From NCBI GenBank assembly GCA_963789885.1, contig CAWBNB010000017.1:13939-77938 (forward strand): a stretch of DNA of 64,000 nt, in the 5' to 3' direction. The position numbers and the translations under genes are program-made. A model generated the notes under the pieces. That model was not told the origin of the DNA, did no database searches, and saw only the letters and a program-made list of their open reading frames with translations. The DNA comes from an uncultured beta proteobacterium (GTDB lineage: Bacteria > Pseudomonadota > Gammaproteobacteria > Burkholderiales > SG8-39). Of the stretch, positions 1 through 9,392 are shown one piece after another. Positions within the stretch are counted from its first letter, which is position 1; each line of letters starts with the position of its first letter.

Positions 1-55
1 GCCCGGCGGTGAGCGCCTGCAGCAGGTTCTCGAGGAAGATGAGCGACTGGTTCAT
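1..55 (-). CDS. 5' end of an unidentified CDS continuing past the left window edge
   Basis: ATG at 55..53 overlaps the TGA of the upstream DUF35 gene (ATGA). 18 visible codons, MNQSLIFLENLLQALTAG, with a hydrophobic start. The product cannot be named from this fragment. Confidence 0.3.
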   Translation of the reverse strand, partial: MNQSLIFLENLLQALTAG

Positions 56-468
56 GCGGGCTCCGCCGGCCGGAACCGCGGCAGGGTGATCGCCGGCGTC
101 GCATCGTCGAAGTCGATGACGACGCGCAGGCCGACCGCGAGCCGCTCGTTCGGCAGGCCGACGACGCTCGCCGTCAGGCGCGGGCCCTCGTCGAGCTCGA
201 CCTGCACGACGTTGTAGGGGACGTCGGCAGCGAACGCCGGAAACCACGCCTTGTGGACGACCGTCCAGGTCGAGATCTTTCCGGTTCCGAGCGCCGGATG
301 CCAGGCGAGCCGGTCCGAGAAGCAGAACGGGCACACCGGCCCCGCCGGCAGGTGCGCGCGTCCGCACTCGTCGCAGAACGGGAGCACGAGCTTCCGGTCC
401 CGCAGCGCGTCCCAGAACGGCTGCGTGTCGGGCGTGACGCGGGGCAGGGGCTTTGCGGGCTCGCTCAT
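52..468 (-). CDS. DUF35-type zinc-ribbon/OB-fold acyl-CoA-associated protein (partner of thiolase-like enzyme)
   Basis: ORF 52..681(-). The internal ATG at 468 lies 2 nt after the stop of the thiolase-like gene and gives MSEPAKPLPRVTPDTQPFWDAL... Cys4 ribbon CDECGRAH..CPFC followed by an OB-like C-terminus. Confidence 0.85.
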   Translation of the reverse strand: MSEPAKPLPRVTPDTQPFWDALRDRKLVLPFCDECGRAHLPAGPVCPFCFSDRLAWHPALGTGKISTWTVVHKAWFPAFAADVPYNVVQVELDEGPRLTASVVGLPNERLAVGLRVVIDFDDATPAITLPRFRPAEPA

Positions 469-470
469 CG

Positions 471-1649
471 TCAGTTCCGGAAGATCACGGAGTCGCCCCA
501 CGCGGTGCCCCACTGGAGGTGGCGCGCGTTCGCGATCTGGCGCTCGCCGGCCGCGCCGCGGAGCTGCCGGACGATCTCGAGGATCGAGTTCCAGCCGCCG
601 ACGTGCGCCTCCGAGAGGAGGCCGCCCGAGGTGTTCATCGGGAGCTCGCCGCCGAGTTCGATGCGGCCGTTCTGCACCCACTTCGCCGCTTCGCCCGGCC
701 CGCAGAAGCCGAAGCGCTCGAGCGTGAACAGCACGAGCGGCGAGAACGCGTCGTAGGTGTAGAGGCCGGCGACGTCCTTGCGATCGATCCCCGCCATGCG
801 ATAGGCGAGGAGATCGCGCTCCTCCGGCCGCCAGCGCGCGGTCTCCTGCTGATTGATGCCGAGATTTCGCGGCGCGAAGATGAACTCATCGCGCCCGGAG
901 CGCAGACCCTGCATGCCGGCGATGTAGACCGGTCGCTGCTTCAGGTCGCGCGCACGCTCGGCCGAGGTCACGAGCGCGACCGCCGCGCCGTCGGTGATCA
1001 GGCAGCAGTCGTAGAGCCGCAGCGGATCGACGACCATCCGCGCCGACTGGTGCTTCTCGAGCGTCAGCGGTTCCTTCATCACCGCGTGCGGGCTCTTCAG
1101 CGCGTGCTTGCGAAAGGCGATCGGCACCGCCGCGAGCTCCTCGCTCGTCGCGCCGTAGAGCTTCATGTACCGCTGCATGCCGAGCGCGGCACCGCCGGCC
1201 GGGGCGGTGAGCCCGTACGGCGGCGACTCGCCGTGCGTGCCGCCGTCCTCGCGCGTGCCCTCGGCGTCGCCCGGGCCGCCGAGGATCTGCCGCTCGCGGG
1301 TGAAGCTGATCGCGGTGAAGCACGCGACGACGTTCGCGAGGCCGCACGCCACCGCCATCGCTGCCTGCTCGATCGCGCTCGTCACGAAGCGCCCGTGCAG
1401 CCAGGTCTGGCTGACCCACCGAACGTCGAGGCCGTAGGTTTCCGCGACGCGGTCGTAATCGACCCCGAGCGGCCAGCCGAGGTGGATCGCGATGCCGTCG
1501 ACGTCCGCGCGCGCGAGACCGGCGTCGGCGAGCGCGGCTTTCAGCGCCTTCGCACCGAGCTTGAGCTGGCTCGCGGGCAGGAAGCGCCCGTACTCGCTCT
1601 GGCCGATGCCGGCGATCGCGGTCTGATCGCGCAGGGCGAGTGCGGGCAT
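471..1649 (-). CDS. thiolase-like protein (SCP-x / lipid-transfer-protein type)
   Basis: 392 aa ORF with thiolase-fold landmarks: YDCCLITDGAAVALVTS, and NTSGGLLSEAHVGGWN near the C-terminus. Paired with a DUF35 gene. Confidence 0.85.
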   Translation of the reverse strand: MPALALRDQTAIAGIGQSEYGRFLPASQLKLGAKALKAALADAGLARADVDGIAIHLGWPLGVDYDRVAETYGLDVRWVSQTWLHGRFVTSAIEQAAMAVACGLANVVACFTAISFTRERQILGGPGDAEGTREDGGTHGESPPYGLTAPAGGAALGMQRYMKLYGATSEELAAVPIAFRKHALKSPHAVMKEPLTLEKHQSARMVVDPLRLYDCCLITDGAAVALVTSAERARDLKQRPVYIAGMQGLRSGRDEFIFAPRNLGINQQETARWRPEERDLLAYRMAGIDRKDVAGLYTYDAFSPLVLFTLERFGFCGPGEAAKWVQNGRIELGGELPMNTSGGLLSEAHVGGWNSILEIVRQLRGAAGERQIANARHLQWGTAWGDSVIFRN

Positions 1650-1653
1650 GCGC

Positions 1654-2697
1654 TCAGCCGTTCGGGCGGAGGACGATGCGGCCGGTGATGCGGCCGGCCT
1701 CCATCAGCGTGTGCGCTTCGCCGGCCTCCTCGAGCGCGAGCGCACGCGTGACGACCGCCTTGACCTGGCCGCGCTTCATGAGCGCAAGCACGTCCTCGAG
1801 CTGGTTGCGCGAGGTGCTGGTGACCGAGAGCATCGACTGGTTCTTGAGGAAGAGCTGCGCCGGGTTGAACGGCACGAACTGGCCGGTGAGCTGCCCGATC
1901 AGGATCCAGCGCCCGGAGACGCCGAGGCTCCGCCGCATCGGCTCGAAGAGCGGCGTGCCGACGTTGTCGACGAGGACGTCGACGCCGCGCCCGTCGGTGA
2001 GCCGCTTGACCTGCGGCGAGAAGTCCTCGCCGCGCGCGTGCACGACGACCTCGTGCGCGCCCAGCTCGCGGATGAGGTCGGCCTTGTCCGGCGAGGTCGT
2101 CTGCGCGATGACATACGCGCCCATGAGACGCGCGAGCTGCACCGCATGGAGGCCGAGCCCGCCGCCGGCGCCGGTGACGAGCGCGCTCTCTCCCGCCTGG
2201 AGCCGGCCGACGTCGCGCACGCCGTTGAGGATGGTGCCGATCGCGCACGAGGCGATCGAAGCGTCGGCGAGCGGCACCCCCTCGGGCACCGCGGCGACGT
2301 TGTCGTCACCGACCGCGACGTACTCGCCGTAACCGCCGACCAGGCCCCAGTCGCCGAGGAACTTCCGGTCGGGGCAGAGCGTCTCGCGGCCGCTCCGGCA
2401 GAAGCGGCACGCGCCGCAGATGTAGTAGCGCTGCGCGGTCGCGACCCGGTCGCCCGCCTTGAACCGCGAGACGTCGCGGCCGACTTCGACGACGGTGCCG
2501 GAGATCTCGTGGCCGAGCACGCAGGGCAGCTTCACGCCCGCCTTCAGCGTGCCGTTCCGCGTCAGCACGTCGTGGAAGCAGACGCCGCACGCGTCCACCT
2601 TGATCACCACGTCGCGCGGGCCGGCGACCGGATCGGGAATGTTCTCGATCTTCATCGCGTCGATGCCGCCCGGCTGACGCACCACCATTGCCTTCAT
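1654..2697 (-). CDS. zinc-dependent MDR alcohol dehydrogenase / oxidoreductase
   Basis: 347 aa. Catalytic Zn motif GHEISGTVVEVG, structural Zn cluster CGACRFCRSGRETLC, Rossmann motif VTGAGGGLG. Confidence 0.9.
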   Translation of the reverse strand: MKAMVVRQPGGIDAMKIENIPDPVAGPRDVVIKVDACGVCFHDVLTRNGTLKAGVKLPCVLGHEISGTVVEVGRDVSRFKAGDRVATAQRYYICGACRFCRSGRETLCPDRKFLGDWGLVGGYGEYVAVGDDNVAAVPEGVPLADASIASCAIGTILNGVRDVGRLQAGESALVTGAGGGLGLHAVQLARLMGAYVIAQTTSPDKADLIRELGAHEVVVHARGEDFSPQVKRLTDGRGVDVLVDNVGTPLFEPMRRSLGVSGRWILIGQLTGQFVPFNPAQLFLKNQSMLSVTSTSRNQLEDVLALMKRGQVKAVVTRALALEEAGEAHTLMEAGRITGRIVLRPNG

Positions 2698-2707
2698 CGC
2701 GATTCCT

Positions 2708-3109
2708 TCATCCGGCGGGAACGAACTTCACCAGCGTGACCGCGGGCGTGACCGCATCGAAGCTCGCGCGCACCCGCATGCCGGCGCGGATCCTCCCGCC
2801 GACGAGGTTGCTGAAGAGGCGCACGCCCTCGTCGAGCCGGACCTGGACGACGTCGTACGGCACCTCGGACGCGAACGCCGGCCAGTAGGCGCGGTGGAAC
2901 GTGCAGTACGACTCGACCACCCCGGTACCGGACGTCGCGACCCATTCGCTCCGCTCGCCGTGGCACTGCGTGCAGTAGCGGGCGGCGGGGAACCGATGGT
3001 GGCCGCAGTCGAGGCAGCGCTGCAGCATGAGCACGCCACGCTTCGCGCCGTCCCAGAACGGACGGTTCGCCGGATCGTCGGGCGGCAGCGGCTTCGCGTA
3101 GTCGCTCAC
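2708..3109 (-). CDS. DUF35-type zinc-ribbon/OB-fold acyl-CoA-associated protein (second copy)
   Basis: GTG at 3109 overlaps the upstream stop (GTGA). VSDYAKPLPPDDPANRPFWDGAK.., Cys4 ribbon CLDCGHH..CTQC. Same architecture as 52..468. Confidence 0.85.
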   Translation of the reverse strand: MSDYAKPLPPDDPANRPFWDGAKRGVLMLQRCLDCGHHRFPAARYCTQCHGERSEWVATSGTGVVESYCTFHRAYWPAFASEVPYDVVQVRLDEGVRLFSNLVGGRIRAGMRVRASFDAVTPAVTLVKFVPAG

Positions 3110-4248
3110 TGCGCGTCCCGCCCGTAGATGATCGACGTGATCACCGGCGCGGCGGTCATGTACTGGACCAGCGCCGCGTCCGCGACCTGCCGTGCGCCGC
3201 ACTCGCCGCGGACCTGGCGCACCGCCTCGACGTTGAGCGCCCAGCCCTGCATGTAGGACTCGGACAGATGGCCGCCGCTCGTGTTCGTCGGGAGCGCGCC
3301 GCCTAGCGCGAGCTTCCCGTCGGCGACGAACGGGCCGCTGCTGCCGACAGGGCAGAAGCCGAAGCCCTCGAGCGAGAACAGCACCGTCGGGGTGAAGTTG
3401 TCGTAGATCATCAGCGCGTCCATGTCGCGAGGACCCGCGCCGGCCATCGCGTACACGTCGTCCGCTACCTTCCGCATCGGCCCGCGCCAGAAGTCGTCCG
3501 GCGGGAACGTCGACCCAGCGAACTCGGCCGCCTGGGCGAAGCCGCGGATGTAGGCGGGCGGCTTGCGGAGATCGCGCGCGCGCTCTGCGGTGGTGACGAT
3601 CATCGCGACGCCGCCGTCGTTGATCAGGCAGTAGTCGAGGAGCCGGAGCGGCTCGCAGATGAAGCGCGCCGCCCGGTACTCCTCGAGCGTGAACGGCGTG
3701 CGCATCACCGCGTCGGGGTTGAGGCTCGCGTGCCGGCGGAACGCCATCGCGATCGCGCCGAGCTGGTCGGTCGTCGTGCCGTACTCGTCCATGTGCCGGC
3801 GCATCATCAGCGCGTGGAAGGCGCCCGGCGAGGTCATCCCGTACGGGAACCACAGCCCCGCGCCGCCGCTTCCGTACGCGTCGGAGGCGCCGCCGTACCG
3901 GTCGCCCGCCGAGCGGCCGTTGTTGCCGTAGACGAGGGCGACGGTCTCCGCCAGACCGGCGGCGATCACCGCGACCGCCGTCTGGATGCAGATGCCCGAG
4001 AACCGCCCCTGTCCCGGCGTGATCGTCGTGTACCGCGGGTTGATGCCGGTGATCTCGCCGAAGCGCTGGTAGTCGGGAATGCGGTTGATGATGAGCCCGT
4101 CGACGTCGGCGAAGCCGAGCCCGCAGTCGTCGAGCGCCGCCTTCAGCGCCCAGACGCCGAGGTCGTACGCGTCATACTCGGGCAGCTTGCCGTAACGCGT
4201 CGTGCCGACGCCGGCGACCGCGACGCGTCCGGCGAGATCCCGGTTCAC
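3106..4248 (-). CDS. thiolase-like protein (second copy)
   Basis: GTG at 4248 overlaps the stop of the lactonase gene (GTGA). VNRDLAGRVAVAGVGTTRYGK.., YCLINDGGVAMIVTT, NTSGGHLSESYMQGW. The upstream part of ORF 3106..5061 is low-complexity read-through. Confidence 0.85.
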   Translation of the reverse strand: MNRDLAGRVAVAGVGTTRYGKLPEYDAYDLGVWALKAALDDCGLGFADVDGLIINRIPDYQRFGEITGINPRYTTITPGQGRFSGICIQTAVAVIAAGLAETVALVYGNNGRSAGDRYGGASDAYGSGGAGLWFPYGMTSPGAFHALMMRRHMDEYGTTTDQLGAIAMAFRRHASLNPDAVMRTPFTLEEYRAARFICEPLRLLDYCLINDGGVAMIVTTAERARDLRKPPAYIRGFAQAAEFAGSTFPPDDFWRGPMRKVADDVYAMAGAGPRDMDALMIYDNFTPTVLFSLEGFGFCPVGSSGPFVADGKLALGGALPTNTSGGHLSESYMQGWALNVEAVRQVRGECGARQVADAALVQYMTAAPVITSIIYGRDAQ

Positions 4249-5123
4249 CCGGCGAACCTCGGTTCGGGGAGCCCGCGTACGCCCACGTCGAGCGCGAACA
4301 CGCCGCCGGCCTGCGGTTGCGCGGCGAGCGCAGGGTCCGCGAGGTCCATGCGCGCGCTCGTGACGTAGAGCGTCCCGAGATCCGGCCCGCCGAACATGCA
4401 CGTCGTCGGGCGCTGGACCGGCAGGCGGACGGCGCGATCGAGCCGTCCGTCCGGTGCGTAACGGTGAATCACCCAGCGGTCGAACTGCGCGCTCCACACG
4501 AAACCCTCGGCGTCGACGGTCATCCCGTCCGGGCCGCCGTGACCGGGCTCGGCTTCGACGAACACGCGCCGGTTCGCGATCGCGCCGGTTGCGGCGTCGA
4601 AGTCGTAGCGGTAGATCCGCCGCGACGGCGTATCGGTGAAGTACATCGTGCGGTCGTCGGGGCTCCAGCCGATCCCGTTCGAAATCGTGAAGCCGCGGTC
4701 CATCGCCGTCACGCGGAAGCCGGGGTCGACGCGATAGAGCTGCCCGATCGCATTGCCGAGCCTGCGATCGAGCGTGCCCGCCCAGAAGCGGCCCGCACGA
4801 TCGACCTTGCCGTCGTTGAAACGCTCGTCGCCCAGGGCGAGGCCGGGCAGCTCCAGCCATTGCAGCTCGCCCCCCGGTGCGTCGAGCGTCGCGAAGCCGT
4901 TGCGGAACGCGAACAGGAACCCGCCTTTCTTGCGCAGCGCAAAAGATCCGGGTGGCTTCGGGAGCGGCCAGTGGTCGACGCGCGCCGTGCGCGGATCGAG
5001 CCGCCAGAGGGTCGGGCTGGAGATGTCGATCCACCAGAGCAACTGCTCCAGCGGACACCACACCGCGCCCTCGCCGAGAACGTTCTTGCAGTCGACCGCG
5101 CAGGCCGCCTGGACTGGGCTCAT
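4245..5123 (-). CDS. SMP-30/gluconolactonase/LRE-family hydrolase
   Basis: 292 aa. Beta-propeller lactonase pattern: GEGAVW.., SNGIGWSPDDRTMYFTDT, PDGMTVDAEGFVW, LYVTSA. C-terminal tail VRGLPEPRFAG is shared with 9393..10301. Confidence 0.85.
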   Translation of the reverse strand: MSPVQAACAVDCKNVLGEGAVWCPLEQLLWWIDISSPTLWRLDPRTARVDHWPLPKPPGSFALRKKGGFLFAFRNGFATLDAPGGELQWLELPGLALGDERFNDGKVDRAGRFWAGTLDRRLGNAIGQLYRVDPGFRVTAMDRGFTISNGIGWSPDDRTMYFTDTPSRRIYRYDFDAATGAIANRRVFVEAEPGHGGPDGMTVDAEGFVWSAQFDRWVIHRYAPDGRLDRAVRLPVQRPTTCMFGGPDLGTLYVTSARMDLADPALAAQPQAGGVFALDVGVRGLPEPRFAG

Positions 5124-5235
5124 GCCTCCTCCGTTCGGTGCCGCCCGTCCACTGTCGCGCAGCGAGATGTTGTTGGGCGCGGCGATATCTTGTTGGCTAT
5201 GATGCTAGCGCCTTCTCGACCGGCCGACAAATGCA

Positions 5236-6603
5236 ATGAACGATCGACCGACTCCCACTGCCGCTCCCACGATGGCGCGCGCGATCGCGCGCTGGATCCG
5301 TGCCGTCGACGCGGCGGCGCTCGATGCGGACGTCGTCGAGAAGGCGCAGCTCTGCCTGCTCGACATGATCGGCGTCGCGGCGGCGGCGAGCGATCTGCCG
5401 TGGAGCCGACAGGCGGCGCAGTACGCCGCGGCCATGGGCGGCAATCGCGCGACGCTGATCGGCTCGCCCGCGCGCGCGAGCGTGGCGGAGGCCGCGTTCG
5501 CCAACGCGACGGCGGCGCACGGGCTGGTGCAGGAGGACATGCATACGGCGAGCGTGTCGCACATCGGCGTGGTCGTCTGGCCGACCTTGCTTGCGCTCGC
5601 CGAAGTGCAGCGGGTGACCGGCCGCGCGTTCGTCGCTGCGGGCGTCATCGGCTACCAGGTCATGGCCCGCATCGGACAGGCGCTGATCACGAAGGAGGTG
5701 GCGCAGCGATTCCGCCCGACGGGGCTTATCGGTGCGGTCGGCGCGGCCGCCGCGGGCGCCCGCCTGCTGCGGCTCGGCGAGGACGAAACGGTCAATGCGC
5801 TCGCCCTCGCGGCGAACACGGCCGGCGGACTGAACGAGTGGCCGCGCTCGGGCGGCGGCGAGATGTTCTTCCATCCGGGTTTTGCCGCGCGCAACGCGGT
5901 GACCGCCGTCCTGCTCGCGCGCGCGGGTGCGGAGGCGTCCGAATCGGCGCTCGACGGGCGCGCCGGACTCTTCGCCGCGTTCGGCGGCGCACGCCCTGCG
6001 GCGCTCGACCTCGGCGGCGACTGGGAGATCCTCGCCGCGTATCACAAGCCCGCACCGGCCTGCAACTACGCGCAGACCCCGGCGCAGGCGGCGCTCGCGG
6101 TGCAGGGCGAAGACCGGATCGCGGCCCGCGACATCGAGAGCGTCGTGGTGAAGAGCTTCCCCGAGGCGATCGCTTACCCGGGCTGCGATCACGCCGGCCC
6201 GTACCGCACGCAGCTCCAGGCGAAGATGAGCATCCAGTTCACGGTCGCCGCGGTGCTGGTCCACGGCCGGCTCGACGACGAGGTCTTCCGGGACTTCGCT
6301 GCCGATGGCGAGGTGACGCGACTTGCGCGGCGGGTGCGACTCGAAAACGACGCCGAGCTCGCGCGCGGCTACCCGCAGCGGCAGGGCGCGGAGGTGATCG
6401 TGACCCTCCGCGACGGCCGTACCGTCGGCCGGCGGCTCCTCGAGCTCGAGCCGCTCGATCCGGCAGGCGTACGGCGGCGCACGCGCGCGGCGCTCACCGG
6501 CCTGCTCGGCGACGCGCGCGCCGCCGAGGTCGAGCGCGAGCTCGACACGATCACCGGCTCGCCCGATGCCGCGCGCATCGTGCGGCTGCTCGGACGCGAC
6601 TGA
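5236..6603 (+). CDS. MmgE/PrpD-family protein (2-methylcitrate dehydratase-like fold)
   Basis: 455 aa ORF. Length and N-terminal helical region (..KAQLCLLDMIGVAAAAS..) are typical of MmgE/PrpD. Recognised by overall resemblance only. Confidence 0.75.
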   Translation: MNDRPTPTAAPTMARAIARWIRAVDAAALDADVVEKAQLCLLDMIGVAAAASDLPWSRQAAQYAAAMGGNRATLIGSPARASVAEAAFANATAAHGLVQEDMHTASVSHIGVVVWPTLLALAEVQRVTGRAFVAAGVIGYQVMARIGQALITKEVAQRFRPTGLIGAVGAAAAGARLLRLGEDETVNALALAANTAGGLNEWPRSGGGEMFFHPGFAARNAVTAVLLARAGAEASESALDGRAGLFAAFGGARPAALDLGGDWEILAAYHKPAPACNYAQTPAQAALAVQGEDRIAARDIESVVVKSFPEAIAYPGCDHAGPYRTQLQAKMSIQFTVAAVLVHGRLDDEVFRDFAADGEVTRLARRVRLENDAELARGYPQRQGAEVIVTLRDGRTVGRRLLELEPLDPAGVRRRTRAALTGLLGDARAAEVERELDTITGSPDAARIVRLLGRD

Positions 6604-6613
6604 GGAAGCGGGC

Positions 6614-8194
6614 GTGCCGACGAAGCCGGCGAGCCGGACCATCCCGGACCTGATCGACGAGCTCGCCGCGCGCTTCCCCGACCGCGAGGCGCTGGTCGGA
6701 TCCGGCCGGCGCTATACCTACCGCGAGCTCCGTGCCGAGGTGCGGCGGATCGCGCGCGGCCTCGCCGCCCTCGGCGTTCGCCGCGGCGACAAGGTCGCGA
6801 TCCTGATGGGCAACCGGCCCGAGTGGCTGATCGCCGATTTCGCGATCACGCTGCTCGGCGGCGTGATGGTGGGCGTCAACACCTGGGCGACCGCGCGCGA
6901 GCTGGAGTACGTCCTCGGCCACGCCGACACCCGGTTCCTGATCACGGCCGATCGCTTCCTGAAGTACGACTACCGCGCGCTGCTCGCCGGGCTGCGGCTC
7001 CCGCTCCTCGAACGAATCGTCGGGCTAGGCGACGACCTTGCCGGCGGCTGGCTGCCGTATGCCGGCCTGGCTTCCCTCGGCGCGACGGTGCCCGACGCGG
7101 TGATCGACGCGGCGCAGCGCGCGGTCCGGCCGGAGGACGTGGCCTACCTCCTTTACACCTCGGGCTCGACCTCCCTGCCGAAGGGCGTGCAGCTCCAGCA
7201 CTACGCGCTGATCGAGAACATGTGGCAGATCGGCGAGCGCCAGCGCGTCACCGAGCACGACCGGCTGTGGCTCGCGGTGTCGCTCTTCTGGGGGCTCGGC
7301 TGCGAGAACGCCCTGTTCAACGTCATGACCCACGCCGGCTGCGTCGTGCTGCAGGAGCATTTCGACGCCGGGGAGGCGCTCGCGCTGATCGAGCGGGAGC
7401 GCTGCACGATGTTCTACGGCACGCCCAACATGGCGCAGGCGCTGCACGAGCATCCCGACCGGGCGAAGCGCGACCTGTCGAGCCTGCGCGGCGGCGCGAC
7501 CATCGGCACGCCCGAGCAGATCATGCGCGTCGTCGAGCTCGGTGCGCGCGAGGTCTGCAACATCTACGGCCTGACCGAGACCTACGGCAATTGCAACGTC
7601 GCCGACGCCGCCGATCCGCTCGAGAAGCGGCTCGCGAGCGTCGGGCGGCCGCTCGACGGCGTCGACCAGCGGATCGTCGATCCGGAGTCGGGCCGCGTCC
7701 TTCCGCCCGGCGAGGTGGGCGAGGTTCGGGTGAAGGGCTACGTGACGTGCGGCTACTACAAGGATCCGGCGCGCACCGCCGAATCGCTCGACGAGCACGG
7801 GTATTTCAGGACCGGGGATCTCGGCGTCGTCGACGCCGACGGCTCGCTCCACTTCCGCGGCCGCATCAAGGAGATGGTCAAGACCGGCGGGATCAACGTC
7901 GCACCGGTGGAAGTCGAGGAGGTGCTGATGTCGCATCCCGCCGTGCACGCCGCGTTCGTCACTGGCGTGCCCGATCCGCAGCGCGACGAGGTGCTCGCGG
8001 CGGTGATCGTGCCGAAGCCGGGCGCGACGCTATCGGAGGAGGACGTCTGCACGTACTGCCGCACGGCGCTCGCGGCCTACAAGGTGCCGCGGCTCGTCCG
8101 CTTCGTGGCGGAGCACGAGCTGCCGCTCACGACGACCGGGAAGCTGCAGAAGAACCGGCTCGCGGCGACGTTCTTCGCCGACCGCATCGGCTGA
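6614..8194 (+). CDS. AMP-dependent acyl-CoA synthetase/ligase
   Basis: In-frame GTG at 6614 preceded by GAGGAAG. AMP-binding motif LLYTSGSTSLPKGV, YGLTET, TGDLG, C-terminal TTTGKLQK. Confidence 0.9.
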   Translation: MPTKPASRTIPDLIDELAARFPDREALVGSGRRYTYRELRAEVRRIARGLAALGVRRGDKVAILMGNRPEWLIADFAITLLGGVMVGVNTWATARELEYVLGHADTRFLITADRFLKYDYRALLAGLRLPLLERIVGLGDDLAGGWLPYAGLASLGATVPDAVIDAAQRAVRPEDVAYLLYTSGSTSLPKGVQLQHYALIENMWQIGERQRVTEHDRLWLAVSLFWGLGCENALFNVMTHAGCVVLQEHFDAGEALALIERERCTMFYGTPNMAQALHEHPDRAKRDLSSLRGGATIGTPEQIMRVVELGAREVCNIYGLTETYGNCNVADAADPLEKRLASVGRPLDGVDQRIVDPESGRVLPPGEVGEVRVKGYVTCGYYKDPARTAESLDEHGYFRTGDLGVVDADGSLHFRGRIKEMVKTGGINVAPVEVEEVLMSHPAVHAAFVTGVPDPQRDEVLAAVIVPKPGATLSEEDVCTYCRTALAAYKVPRLVRFVAEHELPLTTTGKLQKNRLAATFFADRIG

Positions 8195-8307
8195 CGCGCC
8201 GGACTTCCTCTCTAGGCCATCCCGATGGCTCGGCGAGCGGGTGCAGCACCGTGCCCGGCAGCCGGTTCTCGAAACCGAAGCAGTCGGCCCGCTGCCGGTT
8301 GCAGGTG

Positions 8308-9330
8308 ATGAGGAGGATGCTCGGGCGTTCCGTCATATCATCTGTTTCCGTGCCGAGCAAATTCGTTGCCGGAATCTGCGTTGCCGCAGCCCTCGCCTGC
8401 GCCGGCTCGTCCGGCGCGCAGGCGCAGGACTTTCCCAACCGGCCCGTGCGCCTGATCGTGCCCTTTCCGCCCGGCGGGGTGATGGACGTGACCGCGCGCG
8501 CGGTCGCGGGGCCGCTGCAGGAAAGCCTCGGACAGTCGGTCATCATCGAGAACCGTCCGGGCGGCGGCGGCAACATCGGCACCGAGATCGTTGCGCGCTC
8601 GGCGGCCGACGGCTACACCCTGCTCGTGATCGGCGACCACACCACGATCGCGCCAGCGCTCTATTCGCACCTCTCGTACGACTTTCTCAGGGACTTCGCG
8701 CCGATCACCAACCTCGTGATCGGCTCGCACGTGCTGGTGGCCCACAGCTCGCTCGCCGTCAACAGCGTGCAGGAGCTGATCGCCGAAGCGAAGAAGCACC
8801 CCGGGCAGTTGAGCTACGCCTCGCCGGGCAGCGGCACCGCGCAGCACCTCGGGGCCGAAATGTTCAAGACGATGGCGGGCGGACTGCAGATCACCCACAT
8901 CCCGTACAAGGGCGGCGGCCAGGCGATTACCGACGTGGTGGCGGGCCAGGTGAAGCTCGCCATGCTCGGCCTTGCGCCCGCGCTGCCGCACATCCGGTCC
9001 GGGAAGCTGAAGGCGCTCGGCGTCACCGGCGCGAAGCGCGTCGCCATCCTCCCCGACGTGCCGACCATCGCGGAGTCCGGGCTGCCGGGCTTCGTAACGC
9101 TGCAGTGGTACGGCGTCGCCGCACCCGCCGCCACGCCTCAGCCGGTGATCCAGAAGCTGCAGGCGGAGCTCGTCAAGGCCGTGCAGCATCCCGCCACCGT
9201 CGAGCGGCTCGCGGCGGTCGGCATGGAGGTCGCGCCGAGCGCGAGCCCGGCCGAGTACGCGAGGTTCATCCGCGAGGACATGGCGAAGTGGCCGGCTGTG
9301 GTGAAGAGCGCCGGCGCGAAGGTCGACTAG
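8308..9330 (+). CDS. Bug/TctC-family periplasmic tripartite tricarboxylate transporter substrate-binding protein
   Basis: Signal peptide ..AALACAGSSGAQAQDFPNRPVRLIVPFPPGG, then a typical Bug core (ASPGSGTAQHL, IPYKGGGQA). Start is ATG 8308 or 8317. Confidence 0.85.
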   Translation: MRRMLGRSVISSVSVPSKFVAGICVAAALACAGSSGAQAQDFPNRPVRLIVPFPPGGVMDVTARAVAGPLQESLGQSVIIENRPGGGGNIGTEIVARSAADGYTLLVIGDHTTIAPALYSHLSYDFLRDFAPITNLVIGSHVLVAHSSLAVNSVQELIAEAKKHPGQLSYASPGSGTAQHLGAEMFKTMAGGLQITHIPYKGGGQAITDVVAGQVKLAMLGLAPALPHIRSGKLKALGVTGAKRVAILPDVPTIAESGLPGFVTLQWYGVAAPAATPQPVIQKLQAELVKAVQHPATVERLAAVGMEVAPSASPAEYARFIREDMAKWPAVVKSAGAKVD

Positions 9331-9392
9331 GCGCGCGCATCTTCCCTGATCATGTCCGCGGCCTTCTCCGCGATCATGATAGCGAATTGAGG

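Noticed and set aside
453-1688. Long antisense or overlapping ORFs throughout the track. Examples: 453..1688(+), 4317..6653(+), 8338..10488(-), 12991..15477(-), 26161..28377(-), 32371..33672(-), 39324..40994(+), 42241..43866(+).
   Set aside because: They are Arg/Ala/Pro/Gly/Asp-rich low-complexity translations with no recognisable motifs. They lie opposite or out of frame to genes with clear family signatures. These are the typical shadow ORFs of very GC-rich DNA.
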